A stretch of 64,000 bases of DNA from Rhynchopus sp. YZ270_cl-10 (taxonomy: Eukaryota): assembly GCA_964035575.1 (NCBI GenBank), contig OZ037835.1, forward strand, positions 1,674,001-1,738,000, given 5' to 3'. Below are positions 1 to 11,837 of the stretch, one piece after another. Each line of letters starts with the position of its first letter. Within the stretch, counting starts at the first letter, position 1. The position numbers and the translations under genes were made by a program. The notes below the pieces were generated by a model that made no database searches, was not told where the DNA came from, and saw only the letters and a list, made by a program, of their open reading frames with translations.

Positions 1-192
1 AGGCACTCAGAAAACACAGTTGCTTTCTCGTTGTGTAACTGTGCCTTACCAACTAACAAAGCGCCGTGTAAAACGATCTTGGAGTGCATGCCGCCCCTGT
101 AGTATACTATAGCTGTCGTCCTCCTCCCGGCTGTGCTCAAGCAAGCCAAGACGGCACAACAACAACAATAATGTGAAATACCACCCATCCTT
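1..192 (+). repeat. 3' flank of a preceding UBL-LRR tandem unit
   Basis: Closely matches 10558-10750, the region downstream of the 9144 gene. It resumes at 7787 after the inserted TIR element. Confidence 0.85.
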
Positions 193-774
193 CATGGATG
201 TAGAAAGTACGTGACGAAAAAAAAGTACTTTTTTTCCAAAAATCGGGTTACGTGATACTTCACGTACGTGACGTTTTTTGAAAAAAAATTTTACGTGATT
301 TACGTGATTTCGAAAAAAAAAACGAAAAAAAGTACTTTTTTTTTTTCAAAAAAAAAAAAGTACTTTTTTTTTCACGTGAAAATCAACGTACGTGAAAATA
401 ATGGAGCGTTTTCGGCCATAAAAATGCCCGAAAACACCCGCATTTGCATTTCCGGAATCCGCCCATTCTGTGGTGGGCGATATACAGAAAAATGGATAAA
501 ATTTTAGTGACTAAAATTTTCACGAAATATGAACCCATACCCAAATGGGTAAAAAAGTACGTTTTTTTTTTATTTTTCGTCAGGAGCGTGTTCAAATTTC
601 CCGTTTTTCCCTTTTCTCCCGTTTTTCCCTTTGTCTTTGCCATTTTTTTTTCCAAAAAAAAAAAAATTTTTTTTTTTTGACAAGGCAATTTTCAGGTGAA
701 AAAAAAATTTTTTTTTTCGAAAATTTTTTGGCCCCCTGGGGTGGGTCTTGGGGCACCGAAAAATGCCAAAAAAC

Positions 775-3700
775 ACATGCCCTGAACGGCGACATCTTCC
801 CCGACGCTAGCCTCCGCCGCCTCAATCTACGGAAGTGTGTGCGATGCGGTACCATCGTCGCTAAGAATGCCAAAGGAGGGACATGCTTCTCGTGCCGGGA
901 GGCGACTGCCCCATCAAAGGTTCCAGCAGTCCGAGCCAGGTCAGCGGAGGAAGTGGGGGACGATAGCCGGCTTCCATCTGCACAGAACATTGCGTTGAGT
1001 CGCGGCCGCGTCATGGAGTTCATCCCGGACTACATGCTTCGATCTGTGGCCGTGGCGACCAACACCGCCTTACTCGACATCGCGGCCGACAAGCTTGACC
1101 TCGCCGCCTGGAACCGGTTCGGGATGTTGCCCAAAACACTTCTCCGCTCGCGACGCAGTGGGGGGAATGGAAACAGGAAAAAGCGTATGAAGGCGTCGCG
1201 TATCGCAGACGTGCAGCGGTGGGAGAAGGGCGAGTTGTCCGCACTCTGGCGTGATGCGCAGGCCCAAGTGCCTGGGAAGAAGGTGGAACAGGAGGTCCCC
1301 TCCTTCGAGGATCGGGAACGGGCATGTGTCGCTGAGGCTCGGAAGGGTCGCCCCGCTGCCGCCTTCTCCCGCCTTTCATCGGAAGGACTCGCGCCGGACT
1401 CAGCGGCCACGTTGCAAGCTTTGAAGAACAAGCACCCTGCCTGCCTTAACCCTCCTGATGCCAGCGACAATGTGGTGCAGCCAGGCTACCCTGAAGACCT
1501 GACCCCTGCACAAGTGCTGTCTCTGGTGAAGAGCATGCCGCGGGGCACTGCGGCAGGCCCTTCCGGCCTTCGAGCGGACCACCTGAAGCAGATGTTGAAC
1601 GAGAGCGACGTGAACATCCTGCCGGCCCTGACACATGTGGTCAACGCGATCCGGGCAGGCAACGTTCCCGAAGGAGTCACTCCTTTCCTGTCTGGGGCCA
1701 GGTTGATCGCGCTTCCAAAAGGGGTCAATGACGTCCGTCCAGTTGCTGTTGGTGAAACGCTACGGAGGGTGGCTGCGAAGTCGTATGCAGCAGAGGTGAA
1801 GGCGCAGGCGAAGAGCATCCTGCTCCCCGGGAAACAGGTGGGTGTGGGTGTAGAAGGGGGCATCGAGGCAGCGACCGCGACAGTCTGGGACTACGCGAGT
1901 CGTCACAGGGAGCAGGACAAAGTGGTGCTTAAGATTGACTTTGCTAACGCGTTCAACACAGTCGATCGAAGGGCCATGCTGTACAAGACCCGTACCCTCC
2001 TCCCGCAGATGTCTCGCTTTGTGGAATGGTGTTACTTGCGTCCGTCGTCTCTGGTGTACGGTGAGGAGGTGGTGCAATCGCAGTCTGGTGCGCAGCAGGG
2101 TGACCCGCTTGGCCCTCTTCTCTTCTCGCTGGTCTTGAAGGATTTGGCAGAGAAGGTGCGTGACTTGCCTGGGGTGGATCTGTCGGTGTGGTTCCTGGAT
2201 GACGGGACGCTGATGGGGTCTCCTGCGGCGATCGCGTCGGCCTTTCAGGTAGTGCAGGAGGAGGGCCTGAAGCTAGGCCTCAAGGTGAACAAGGCCAAAT
2301 GTGAGCTCATCCCCATTGGAGGTCAATCTGACGAAGTTCTCGGGGCGGCGGGATTCCCGGTGGCGGACCTGACGGTGATCCGATCGGGGTTCAGTTTTCT
2401 CGGAGCCCCCATTGGCGACAGTGAGTTTTGCGACAGGTTCATGGAAGACCAGATGAAGACTTTCGCGACGAACCTCCGCCTGCTGGGCAAGCTGGGTGAC
2501 GCTCAGGTGGCTCTGTCTCTCTTGCGACATTGTGAAGGCTTTTGTAAAACCGTGTTTTACATGCGTGCTATCCGCCATCAGGGTGACCATCTCTGGCTGG
2601 ACAAGTACGACAAGGAGGTAGACAGAGTACTTGCGCAGATCTTGGTTTCTCCTGGTTCGGACCCGGACGTTCTATTGCCAGAAGCCGCTCGAACGCAGGC
2701 TGCCCTCCCCGTACGCATGGGTGGACTGGGGATACGTCGTGCATATGACCACTGGACTGCCGCCGCTATGGGTGCTGCTAGCGGTACCTACGATTTGTGC
2801 AAACACCTGGACCAGGACTACCGCTGGGACGCGGCAGGGTGGGATCACTCGGCCACCAGGTTCAACGAGTTGGTGGACGATGACGCACGTGTGGACCCGG
2901 GCGAGCAGCCCCAGCAGACCCTGAGGCAACGTGATCTCTCTTTGTCGATCATCCTCCGACAAGCGGCTGCGGTGCGGGAGGCAGGCGATGTGCAGGACCT
3001 TGCTCGGCTGAACTCGCTCCAGCAAACCCACGCCCCAGCCCATGGCTGGGGCGTGGGTAACGGCTCTGCCCCTCCCGGAGAATGTCATCGATCCGGAGGC
3101 GTTTCGCGCTGTGGTCCGTCTTCGGTTGGGTCTGGTGATGTACAGAGACGATGTCCGCTGCGGACAATGCGCAGTGAGCATGGACCAGTATGGGATTCAT
3201 GCCCTCAACTGCAAGCATGGGGGTTGCACGATTCGCAGGCACGACCGGCTCCGGGATCTGGTGGGCACGCTAGGTTCGAAGGCAGGTCTCGCTCCGGCCT
3301 TGGAACCCAAGCACATCGTCCTCGGGGGTACCAAGCCAGCAGACATCTTCTTCCCCATCGGCATAGGTGACGGTAGAGCCAGGGCGGTAGACTGTGTGGT
3401 TGCGAACCCCCTGGCCTCTTCGCATGTACAGGGGGCGGCGCGAGCGGTGGGGCACGCAGCGGTCAAGCATCAGTCCTGGAAGCGCGATAAGCACGGCAAA
3501 GCTTGCAGGACAGCACACATTTCCTTCTCCGCTTTTGCGGCCGAGGTCTTTGGGGGGCTGGGGCCGGAAGCAGCCACGCTGTGGCGGCACCTGAACAAGA
3601 TTGCCGCGGAGCGTGCGGACGGGGATAAGGTCTTGGCCTCGGCCAAATGGAATGAGCGTCTGGCCGTGTGTGTACAGCGGGAGGTGGGTGCCACGCTGTT

Positions 3701-5705
3701 GAAGCGGGGGGCCTTGTGTTTCGGCCTTGGGGGTGATCGTGATGCAGTGCCGGCTGATACTGTCGAACGTACCCCAGACTACTACGTCACACCTGACGAC
3801 GCCCCAGACGATCGCTTCCCTACATACGTGGACGACCACCTGTACCGGCTCGCTGAGCAAGACTGTGAGATTGTTGAGGAACCAACCCCTGATCCACGAA
3901 GTGCGGCTGATGTTGATGAGGCTACTGCGGCGATGGAGAGGTGGTTACAGCGGCAGGCGCGCAAGAACCCTGTTCATCAGTCTTCCGTCGTCGTGGAAGT
4001 AGCTCCCTGCGAGGACCCAGCTGCGGCCTATGAGAAGCTGCATGAGGGTGACTCCCCTCCTGCCCTAGCGGTGCAGCTGTCCGCCGTCGGATGCTCCACT
4101 CCCGCGAACTTCCGCTACACCGTGGGTGACTGCTGTTTCGACGCTATGGCACACTTGAGCGGGAAGAACGCGGGGTCCCTGAGGCAGGTTGCGGTTGCAC
4201 AGGTAGTCCAAGACGCGGACCTGGCGGCACGGGCTGAACCGAATGTCGCCGTGTGGTCGCGGCGGATGCTCATCACTGGGTGTGATCGATCGGATACCTG
4301 GGCTGACACTGTGACCGTTGCCGGCCTTGCACGCGCTCTGAACTCGCTGGTGGTGGTGTTTGTGGGTGGTCATAAGCCTTCGCTCTTCACCCCCTCGAGT
4401 GCGACGAATTACCAGAATGTGTTTGCGCTGGCTCACGACGGCCGCACGGTGGGCCACTTCACGCCGGTCACCATCCCGGAGAAACTGAGGCAGTACTTCC
4501 TGATGCAGCCTCCGACGCCGCGCCTGCCGTCGCTCACTTGTGTGTCCCGCGTGGCAATGCTGGACTACCCTCAGGACGGAACGAGAGAGGATTTCGGGAA
4601 ATGTGAGGTGTGCGGGTCTGCTGTCCTCGGCAGTGAGCAGCACTGGCAGTGCGGGGAGTGCGTGGCTTGGGCGTGCCGGCAGTGTCGTCCCCTCAGCTGC
4701 TCTTCCTGCCCACGGGCTCCAGCGGTTGTCAGCTTACCGAGTTCCTCAGGTGTCACTGCGCGCACACATCCAGCAGCGGACCCCAAGAGTAATGACTTGT
4801 TGCAGGAGCAGCGGGATAAACGCGTGGCCACGAGTGGGGCTACCATCAAGAAGAACAGGGACCAGCTTCGTGCCCGGTTGCGTAAGGCTCCGACGGATGC
4901 CATGGATGTAGAGAGTGGCTATTCAAACACCACCCCAGCCCTCTCTACCTCCTCCGCGCCCCAGGTCGTGCAGACCCCTGTCCAACCTGGCACTTCGTCG
5001 CAGGCGCACTCTGCATCGGACGAGTCTCAGCAGCATCAGACAAATACGGAGAGTGGCTATTACAACACCCACGCAGCCCTCCCCGTACCCGCGTCTGATG
5101 TGGCTGTTCCCTCATCCACCAGCACGAGAGAGCAGCCTCACGCTGTTCCGCAGGTCGCTACGTCGCAGGCGCAGCCATCAAGGACCCATACGGAGAGTGG
5201 CTATTCAAACACCACCCCAGCCCTCCCCGTATACACGTCCTCTGAGGCAGCTCACTCTCACGCTGACACGAGTGAGCAGCCACACGTCGCCTCGCAAGAC
5301 AGTGCGTACTCCGCGGACCTCCTTGGCGGGTCCCAGCACGCAGTTCCCTTGCCTGGCGCAACCTCGGTCCCCAGCACAGACACACCATCGGAGAGTGGCT
5401 ACCAATCCGCACCACCAGCCCTCCCGAACCCTGTGCCGGTATGGAATGACATAGCGCCCTGCCCCGGGTTTGACTTGCCTATTCCAGAGACCGCTGATGA
5501 GTGGGAGGGGTTGTTCTATCCCACTACCACTCATTTCAGCTCCCAAGGCGGGGACTCTATGACGGCGGCGGAGGCTTTCGAGTACTGTGGGCGGTGGAGG
5601 ACTGCAGTGAGGCCGATGTTGAGTCAGGAGGAGCTGAGGAAGGCGTCGACGCTGTGCAATCGCCTGAGGAGTCTTGTGCAGACGCGCCTTCGCTCCGCCG
5701 CATAG
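775..5705 (+). pseudogene. Frameshifted polyprotein: RT - CCHC Zn knuckle - RLE endonuclease - OTU-like protease - Cys Zn finger - repeat tail
   Basis: RT motifs KIDFANAFN, GAQQGDPLGPLLF, WFLDDG, FLGAPIG, LPVRMGGLG in ORF 545-3370. After a +1 shift at ~3033-3045, ORF 3042-5705 has CGQC..HALNC, RRHD, KPADI..DCVV and AEVFGGLG (RLE). Then VGDCCFD..WAD..GHF (OTU-like, ~4080-4480) and CEVC..CGEC..CRQC (~4600-4710). Confidence 0.85.
4911..5425 (+). repeat. Four dispersed ESGY(S/Y/Q)xxxxAL repeats in the retrotransposon ORF tail
   Basis: gagagtggcta... at 4911, 5049, 5193 and 5391. Confidence 0.85.
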
Positions 5706-8357
5706 ACTTTAGAGACTTCTTTTTACTTTTTCTCCCCTCTCCCCCCCCCTTCTTCCCTTTCTCCTTCTTTTTTGGCTATTTTTATTTCGTTCACATAGCC
5801 TAGATTCGGACCTGTTTTCAGGCCGACCGTGTACAGCCGGGTAGAGCTAGACAACGCCAACAGCTGTGGCCCAAGGAGGTCCTCAGTGTTGTCTGCCAAT
5901 CCCCTTAACCCAACAAAAGACTACAAAATAAAAACAATCTAGACAAAGCCGCCCCCATCCCCGTCCAGGCAAAATAAAAAAAGTAAAAGAATGCCCTTCC
6001 TCAGTCCGGAAGTATCACCTCAACCGGTTACCTGCCGTAAAAGAGAGAGAGGTTACAGAACTATTGTAAGAAATTAAAAAAAAAAAAAACGCAAAAATCG
6101 GGTGTTTTGAGCATCTGTGGTTACACCATATACACGTCTCTGTACAAGCCTATACTATACCCAAAAGTGGCTAGGCAAGGCCGTGTTTGACCAAAAAAAA
6201 AAATTTTTTTTTTCACGAAAACCGAGTTTTCGTCACCTGTGGGTGGTCGGAGGATCGAAATTTGTGAAAAATTTTCACTTTTTTTTTTTGACCCAAAAAT
6301 TTTTTTTTTCGACAAGGCAACGGGAAAAATGACTAAGGGGAAAGGGGAAAAAAGGGAAAAACGGGAATTTTGAGGATCCTCTATTTTGAGGATCGTTTTC
6401 ACAGTCACATTTTACCTTAGCAAAATCTGGAAAAAAAAATTTTTTTTCCGAAAATTTTTTAGACCCCTGGGGTGGGTCTTGGGGCACCGAAAAATGCAAA
6501 AAAACGTAAAAATCGGGTGTTTTGAGCATCTGTGGTTACACCATATACACGCCTGTAACCCCACATAGGCCCATTACCATGGTTTCGTTAGCCCTTGTGG
6601 CATGCGCTCCTGCAGTTTCCTGCTCATCGGCGGCTTCTAGTCCGTGTGGACTTGGGCCACTACCAGCTTCCGGAGGAGCGACGCTCACGTGCGACCGTCG
6701 GACCGGTCACTGCTCTGGTTGCCATGTGCTCTGGCCAATTCTTGACGAGGATGGGGGTGCAGACCGCCAAGTCCGGACGGTCGGAGGGAACCTTCCCCAC
6801 CGCACGTCAGTTCTCCTAAGCTCCTTGTGACTTGACTCGTGCCGGTGCTGGTGTCTACAAGCTTCAACCTCTTCTTGTGATCCACCGAGCACGCAGCCAA
6901 CAGTGCGCCAAACCCTCAAGATCCTGTAGCACCGAGGGTGTGTGATCCCCAAGCGTCTGCGTCAGGCCGTCTGCCATCAAGCGGAGGGTGCTCCAATACT
7001 CCTCTGACACGAAGGAGCAATCACAGCGATCACGAACCACGCGATTGAGGTAGTTTCACAGCTGGTCAGCGGGGGAAGCATACGAGGCTTCACAAAGCAA
7101 CACCGCTTCCGGAGATGACCGGCTCCCCTCTTCCTCAACATGCACCAGAGCCCTATTTTTCACAAGCGGTCCCGAAACCTTAAAGTTTTCGCAAGCTCTG
7201 GAGTCATCCGATGACGCAAGGCAAGTCACTCTCCCAAAGCGATGGCATTGGATGGCAGTATGCGAAGTCAGACCTCCGGGAAATATTGAATCCTTAATGG
7301 ACGACTTCAATGTGATCGCTGCCTTCTCCCTCTACGCCCCACCCTTCAAGAACACGGAGACTCGCAAGCTGCAAGTAATTTGAGTTTGTTTCTGCGAGCC
7401 GAAACCGTTCATCTTCGGAGATATGTACAGTGTGCGCACTACTTCCCGCAGGAGGAACGGGCCCATTTTGGGCTCCGACCTCAGAGGCCGTTTTCGAAGA
7501 CAGCTACAGTGGGATATTTCGGTTCCTCAATTTTTTATAAAAAAGCGAAAATCTGCCAATGTGCTTGAAAAATGCTGTGCATTTTTGGTAGAATTTTTTA
7601 AAAATTGCTATACTCCCCTATGACTGGACCCAACTCCCCTCACTCTTTTTTTGGTCAAAAACACCCCAAATTTTTTCACCTTTTTTTCCATTTTTTCCGT
7701 TTTTGACCTTTTTAGACACCCTCCTCACGTACTTTTTTACTTTTTTTTTTCAAAAAAAAGTACGTGAAGTACTTTCTACATCCATGATCCTTCTCTCAAA
7801 TAATCAAAAAAAAAAACTCAAACTTCCTGGTATTCTTAAGAAGGTGTACCAAAACAGCTCTAGGGTTGAGGATAGGCTTAAAAGGTCTACTTCTTCTTTG
7901 TCCAACAAGCTTTCTGTTTCTTCGTCTGCTTTATCTTTAAGTTGTCGTGGTATTGGTAAACGTTTGTTTGCCTATAATACTTTGGCTCATGCTAATATGG
8001 GGATTATGGATGCTGACGTGTCTGTCGTGGCCAATGTGCATACTGTCATACACACAGATGCTGAGAGTCCTCTAGATGAGAACACGGTGGACTCCCCCGT
8101 ATTTTCCTTCAAACCCCCCCTGATTCTCCCTCTCCTCTATTACGTTCGGTTACTCCTCCCCCACGGTGTCCGTGCCTCACCTCAGTCACGCCTCGTCGCG
8201 TGTACTCATCTCCCTCGGATTCACCATTGTCTCCCCCTACCATGCCCCCCATTTTGTCACCAACATTCAACATACTGCGGTGCACGACGAAGTGAGTTGA
8301 CTGTGGTTTTGCTGTGTCGTTGGCTTACAATGGTGAAAGCCACAAAGTACAACTATA

Positions 8358-8566
8358 GAAATTGAAACCGCACCCTACTTTTCCTTTTTATGTTTTTCCC
8401 CCCACCCCCGAAAACAATAAAGCAATAAAAACAATAAAGACAAAAGGGAGAGGTTGTGGTGAAACGCACACACCTCGACCTGTCGGTGAAATGTGGCTCT
8501 ACTCCAACCCGCCCCGGATTAGAAAAATGGAAAAAAGGATGGGAGTAGGGAGCGGTGTTCAATTTC
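8358..8566. mobile_element. MITE
   Basis: Imperfect TIR gaaattgaaaccgcaccctact / agtagggagcggtgttcaatttc. Absent from the paralogous unit at ~11313. The internal part recurs at ~47800-47862. Confidence 0.7.
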
Positions 8567-9143
8567 CTTTTAGCATTGCACGTAATCATATCATTTATTT
8601 GATTGTTGTGAGAGGGGTGGAGAGGGGTGGGGTGGGGGCAAAAGGCTAGTTTTTGTTTCATAAAAAGCTCCAACAATTTTGCAGAATCTGCCAAAGGGAG
8701 TGGGGTTTGGTGTGTTAGTATTTGAGTCGATGGCAAACCCCCAATACCGTTTTTCCGCTTTCAGGTCGCAAAAGTGCCGGGAAGTGTCCACAATCACCCT
8801 CAAAACGTATTTCTGGACCACTCCCAAACAACAAAAAAGTAATGAATAAAAGTGTTGGAAGCAAAAAGGAAGAACAAAACAATGTTGTTTCCAACAGGGA
8901 TAGGCTCCAAGTAACTTTCCATCAAAAGAACCCCCTACCTCCACCTCTTTTCACACCTCTTTTCACACCCCTATCACCCGGAACAGTATTCTGCCCAAGT
9001 CGGAGGGGAAGGCAATGCACCATTTTGCAAAGACTTCTTTCCCGCTTGGTGCACGGGGCATCTGCAACGTGTCTTTGCTAATGTCTCCAGCCCCAACTCC
9101 CACAACCCCACCACACAACAGAACAACACAAAAGGAAGACAAA

Positions 9144-10322
9144 ATGGAAGTAGTTATCAAGGACTGTGCAGACAACTCGTACGTGATCGAGGTGGGTGTG
9201 GATGACACAACGGAGACGATGCGGCAGAAGGTGGCGTCTGCAGTGGGGTTGGCTGAGGACAGCTTCCACATGGGCTTCGGAGGGAAGGAGGAAGGAGACG
9301 ACATTACGCAGCTGAGTGCTGGAGACACAATCATCCTGAAGAAAACTAAGAAGGTCGAGGCCAGAGCAGCACTTCATGCGTTGGGTGAGGACATCACTGC
9401 AGAGAGGCTGGTGACTGTGGAGGATCCTGAGGTTGCGTGTTTGCTTCTGCAGGCGGAGGTTGCGACTGTCATTCCGAATCAGTTCTTGGCACGCACATCA
9501 TTAACAGCACTTGATCTGAGTGCTGTGTCCTGTGTGACGGAAATTAGTGATCAGTTTCTTCACCACTGCACATCGTTGACAAGCGTCGACCTGTCTGGGT
9601 TGGCACGTCTCACGCGGATTGGTACCAACTTTCTTGCCGACTGCATCAGCCTCACAACAGTAAACTTGTCACCACTCGGCAATGTTACACACATTAGTAC
9701 AAGCTTTCTTTACAGCTGCGCCAGCCTCACAGAAGTGGATTTATCACCACTTCGCAATGTTACACAAATTGATGGCCACTTTCTTGCATTCTGCAGCAGC
9801 CTCACAGCAGTAAAGTTGTCACCACCCAGCAATGTTACTCACGTTGGTACGGGCTTTCTTTTCAAGTGCACCAGCCTCACAGCAGTGGACCTATCACCAC
9901 TTCGCAATGTTACTCACATTAATACACTGTTTCTTTACAACTGCAGCAGCCTCACGACAGTAGACTTATCTCCACTCAGTAATGTTACACAAATTGATGA
10001 CCGCTTTCTTAACAGCTGCAGCAGCCTCAAAGTAGTGGACTTATCACCACTCAGCAATGTTGCTCGAATTGGCAGAGGCTTTCTTTCCGACTGCAGCAGC
10101 CTCACAGAACTAGACCTGTCAGCACTCAGCAGAGTTACGCACTTTGGTGAGTTTCCTGCTTACAGCTACACTTCGTTGAGGAGCATCCACCTTGCCGGCT
10201 GCAGCAGTGCTGTGTCCAGTCGAGTAGGTGAAGGCGAGCTGAAGGAGTATGTGGTTGACGCACCTCCGACACGTGGCAGAGGCAAGACGAAAGCAGCCGT
10301 GCCTTGCTGCAGTGTTTCGTAA
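9144..10322 (+). CDS. UBL-domain + BspA/TpLRR-type LRR protein with C-terminal CaaX motif (copy 1, 8 internal LRR modules)
   Basis: ATG at 9144 is shared with paralogues. N-terminal ubiquitin-like fold pattern (MEVVIK..IEVGVDDTTETMRQKVASAVGL..FGGK..LSAGDTIIL). 24-aa repeats LTAVDLSPLxNVTxIxxxFLxxCxS. Ends RGRGKTKAAVPCCSVS. Confidence 0.85.
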   Translation: MEVVIKDCADNSYVIEVGVDDTTETMRQKVASAVGLAEDSFHMGFGGKEEGDDITQLSAGDTIILKKTKKVEARAALHALGEDITAERLVTVEDPEVACLLLQAEVATVIPNQFLARTSLTALDLSAVSCVTEISDQFLHHCTSLTSVDLSGLARLTRIGTNFLADCISLTTVNLSPLGNVTHISTSFLYSCASLTEVDLSPLRNVTQIDGHFLAFCSSLTAVKLSPPSNVTHVGTGFLFKCTSLTAVDLSPLRNVTHINTLFLYNCSSLTTVDLSPLSNVTQIDDRFLNSCSSLKVVDLSPLSNVARIGRGFLSDCSSLTELDLSALSRVTHFGEFPAYSYTSLRSIHLAGCSSAVSSRVGEGELKEYVVDAPPTRGRGKTKAAVPCCSVS

Positions 10323-11837
10323 AGAGCGACAGGAGAAGCTAGGCAAGGAACGTAGAGCAGCTCCGCTGTGACATCTACTTGACTCAGGAGGCATCTGACC
10401 AGGCTGTCGCCCATCTCGACGGCAGCGGCCTCACCCACGCATTCTCCTTCAGGATCTCGAACCGCTGCAGGATCTCGTGGCTGACAGCGGGGGGTACGGT
10501 TCTGGGCTGCGATGTCGGTGTGAGTCTGAGAAGACAGTGTCTGAATGAGAGTCAGTGAGGCACTCAGAAAACACAGTTGCTTTCTCGTTGTGTAACTGTG
10601 CCTTACCAACTAACCAAGCACCGTGCAAAACGATCTGGGAGTGCATGCCGCCCCTGTAGTATACTATAGCTGTCGCCCTCCTCCCGGCTGTGCTCAAGCA
10701 AGCCAAGACAGCACAACAACAATAATAATGTGAAATACCCCCTCATCCTTCTCTCAAATAATCAAAAAAACTCAAACTTCCTGGTATTCTTAAGAAGGTG
10801 TACCAAAACACCTCTAGGGTTGAGGATAGGCTTAAAAGGTCTACTTCTTTCTTTGTCCAACAAGCTTTCTGTTTCTTCGTCTGCTTTATCTTTAAGTTGT
10901 CGTGGTATTGGTAAACGTTTGCTTGCCTATAATACTTTGGCTCATGCCAATATGGGGATTATGGATGCTGACGTGTCTGTCGTGGCCAATGTGCATACTG
11001 TCATACACACAGATGCTGAGAGTCCTCTAGATGAGAACACGGTGGACTCCCCCGTATTTTCCTTCAAACCCCCCCTGATTCTCCCTCTCCTCTATTACGT
11101 TCGGTTACTCCTCCCCCACGGTGTCCGTGCCTCACCTCAGTCACGCCTCGTCGCGTGTACTCATCTCCCTCGGATTCACCATTGTCTCCCCCTACCATGC
11201 CCCCCATTTTGTCACCAACATTCAACATACTGCGGTGCACGACGAAGTGAGTTGACTGTGGTTTTGCTGTGTCGTTGGCTTACAACGGTGAAAGCCACAA
11301 AGTACAACTATAGTCATTTATTTGACTGTTGTGAGAGGGGTGGAGAGGGGTGGGGTGGGGTGGGGGCAAAAGGCTAGTTTTTGTTTCATAAAAAGCTCCA
11401 ACAATTTTGTAGAATCTGCCAAAGGGAGTGGGGTTTCGTGTGTTTAGTATTTGAGTCGATGGCAAACCCTCAATACCGTTTTTCCGCTTTCAGGTCGCAA
11501 AAGTGCCGGGAAGTGTCCACAATCACCCTCAAAACGTATTTCTGGACCACTCCCAAACAACAAAAAAGTAATGAATAAAAGTGTTGGAAGCAAAAAGGAA
11601 GAACAAAACAATGTTGTTTCCAACAGGGATCCGTACCTCCGCCTGTTTTCACACCCCTATCACCCTTGTTCTCCTGGAACAGTATTCTGCCCAAGTCGGA
11701 GGGGAAGGCAATGCACCATTTTGCGAAGACTTCTTTCCCGGTTGGTGCATGGGGGTATCTGCAACGTGTCTTTGCTAATGTCTACAGCCCCAACTCCCAC
11801 AACCCCACACAACAGAACAACACAAAAGGAAGACAAA

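Larger units (their letters stand above)
775..6083 (+). mobile_element. 5'-truncated CRE/SLACS-clade (RLE-type) non-LTR retrotransposon with poly(A) tail
   Basis: Encodes RT + RLE. A-tail at 6076-6089. Probable TSD AAAAAAC at 768-774 and 6084-6090. The uninterrupted target (ggcaccgaaaaatgcaaaaaaacgtaaaaatcgggtg) is seen in a duplicate at ~6483-6520. Confidence 0.9.
193..7786. mobile_element. Non-autonomous TIR DNA transposon (18-bp TIR, 6-bp TSD ATCCTT) carrying a nested retrotransposon
   Basis: CATGGATGTAGAAAGTAC at 193-210, with its exact reverse complement at 7769-7786. ATCCTT flanks both sides (187-192, 7787-7792). The paralogous unit shows the empty site (cctcATCCTTctctcaaa, 10741-10758). 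Many subterminal TACGTG motifs. No recognisable transposase. Confidence 0.9.

Noticed and set aside
545..774. N-terminal extension of the 941-aa RT ORF
   Set aside because: It reads through A/T homopolymer flank upstream of the 5' truncation point, so it is not part of the element.
7703..8365. 220-aa ORF and its copy at 10730-11377
   Set aside because: No protein-like motifs on +. The minus strand has only a faint Ty3/gypsy-like remnant (RLPIPRQLKDKADEETESLLDKE) with stops, too weak to call.
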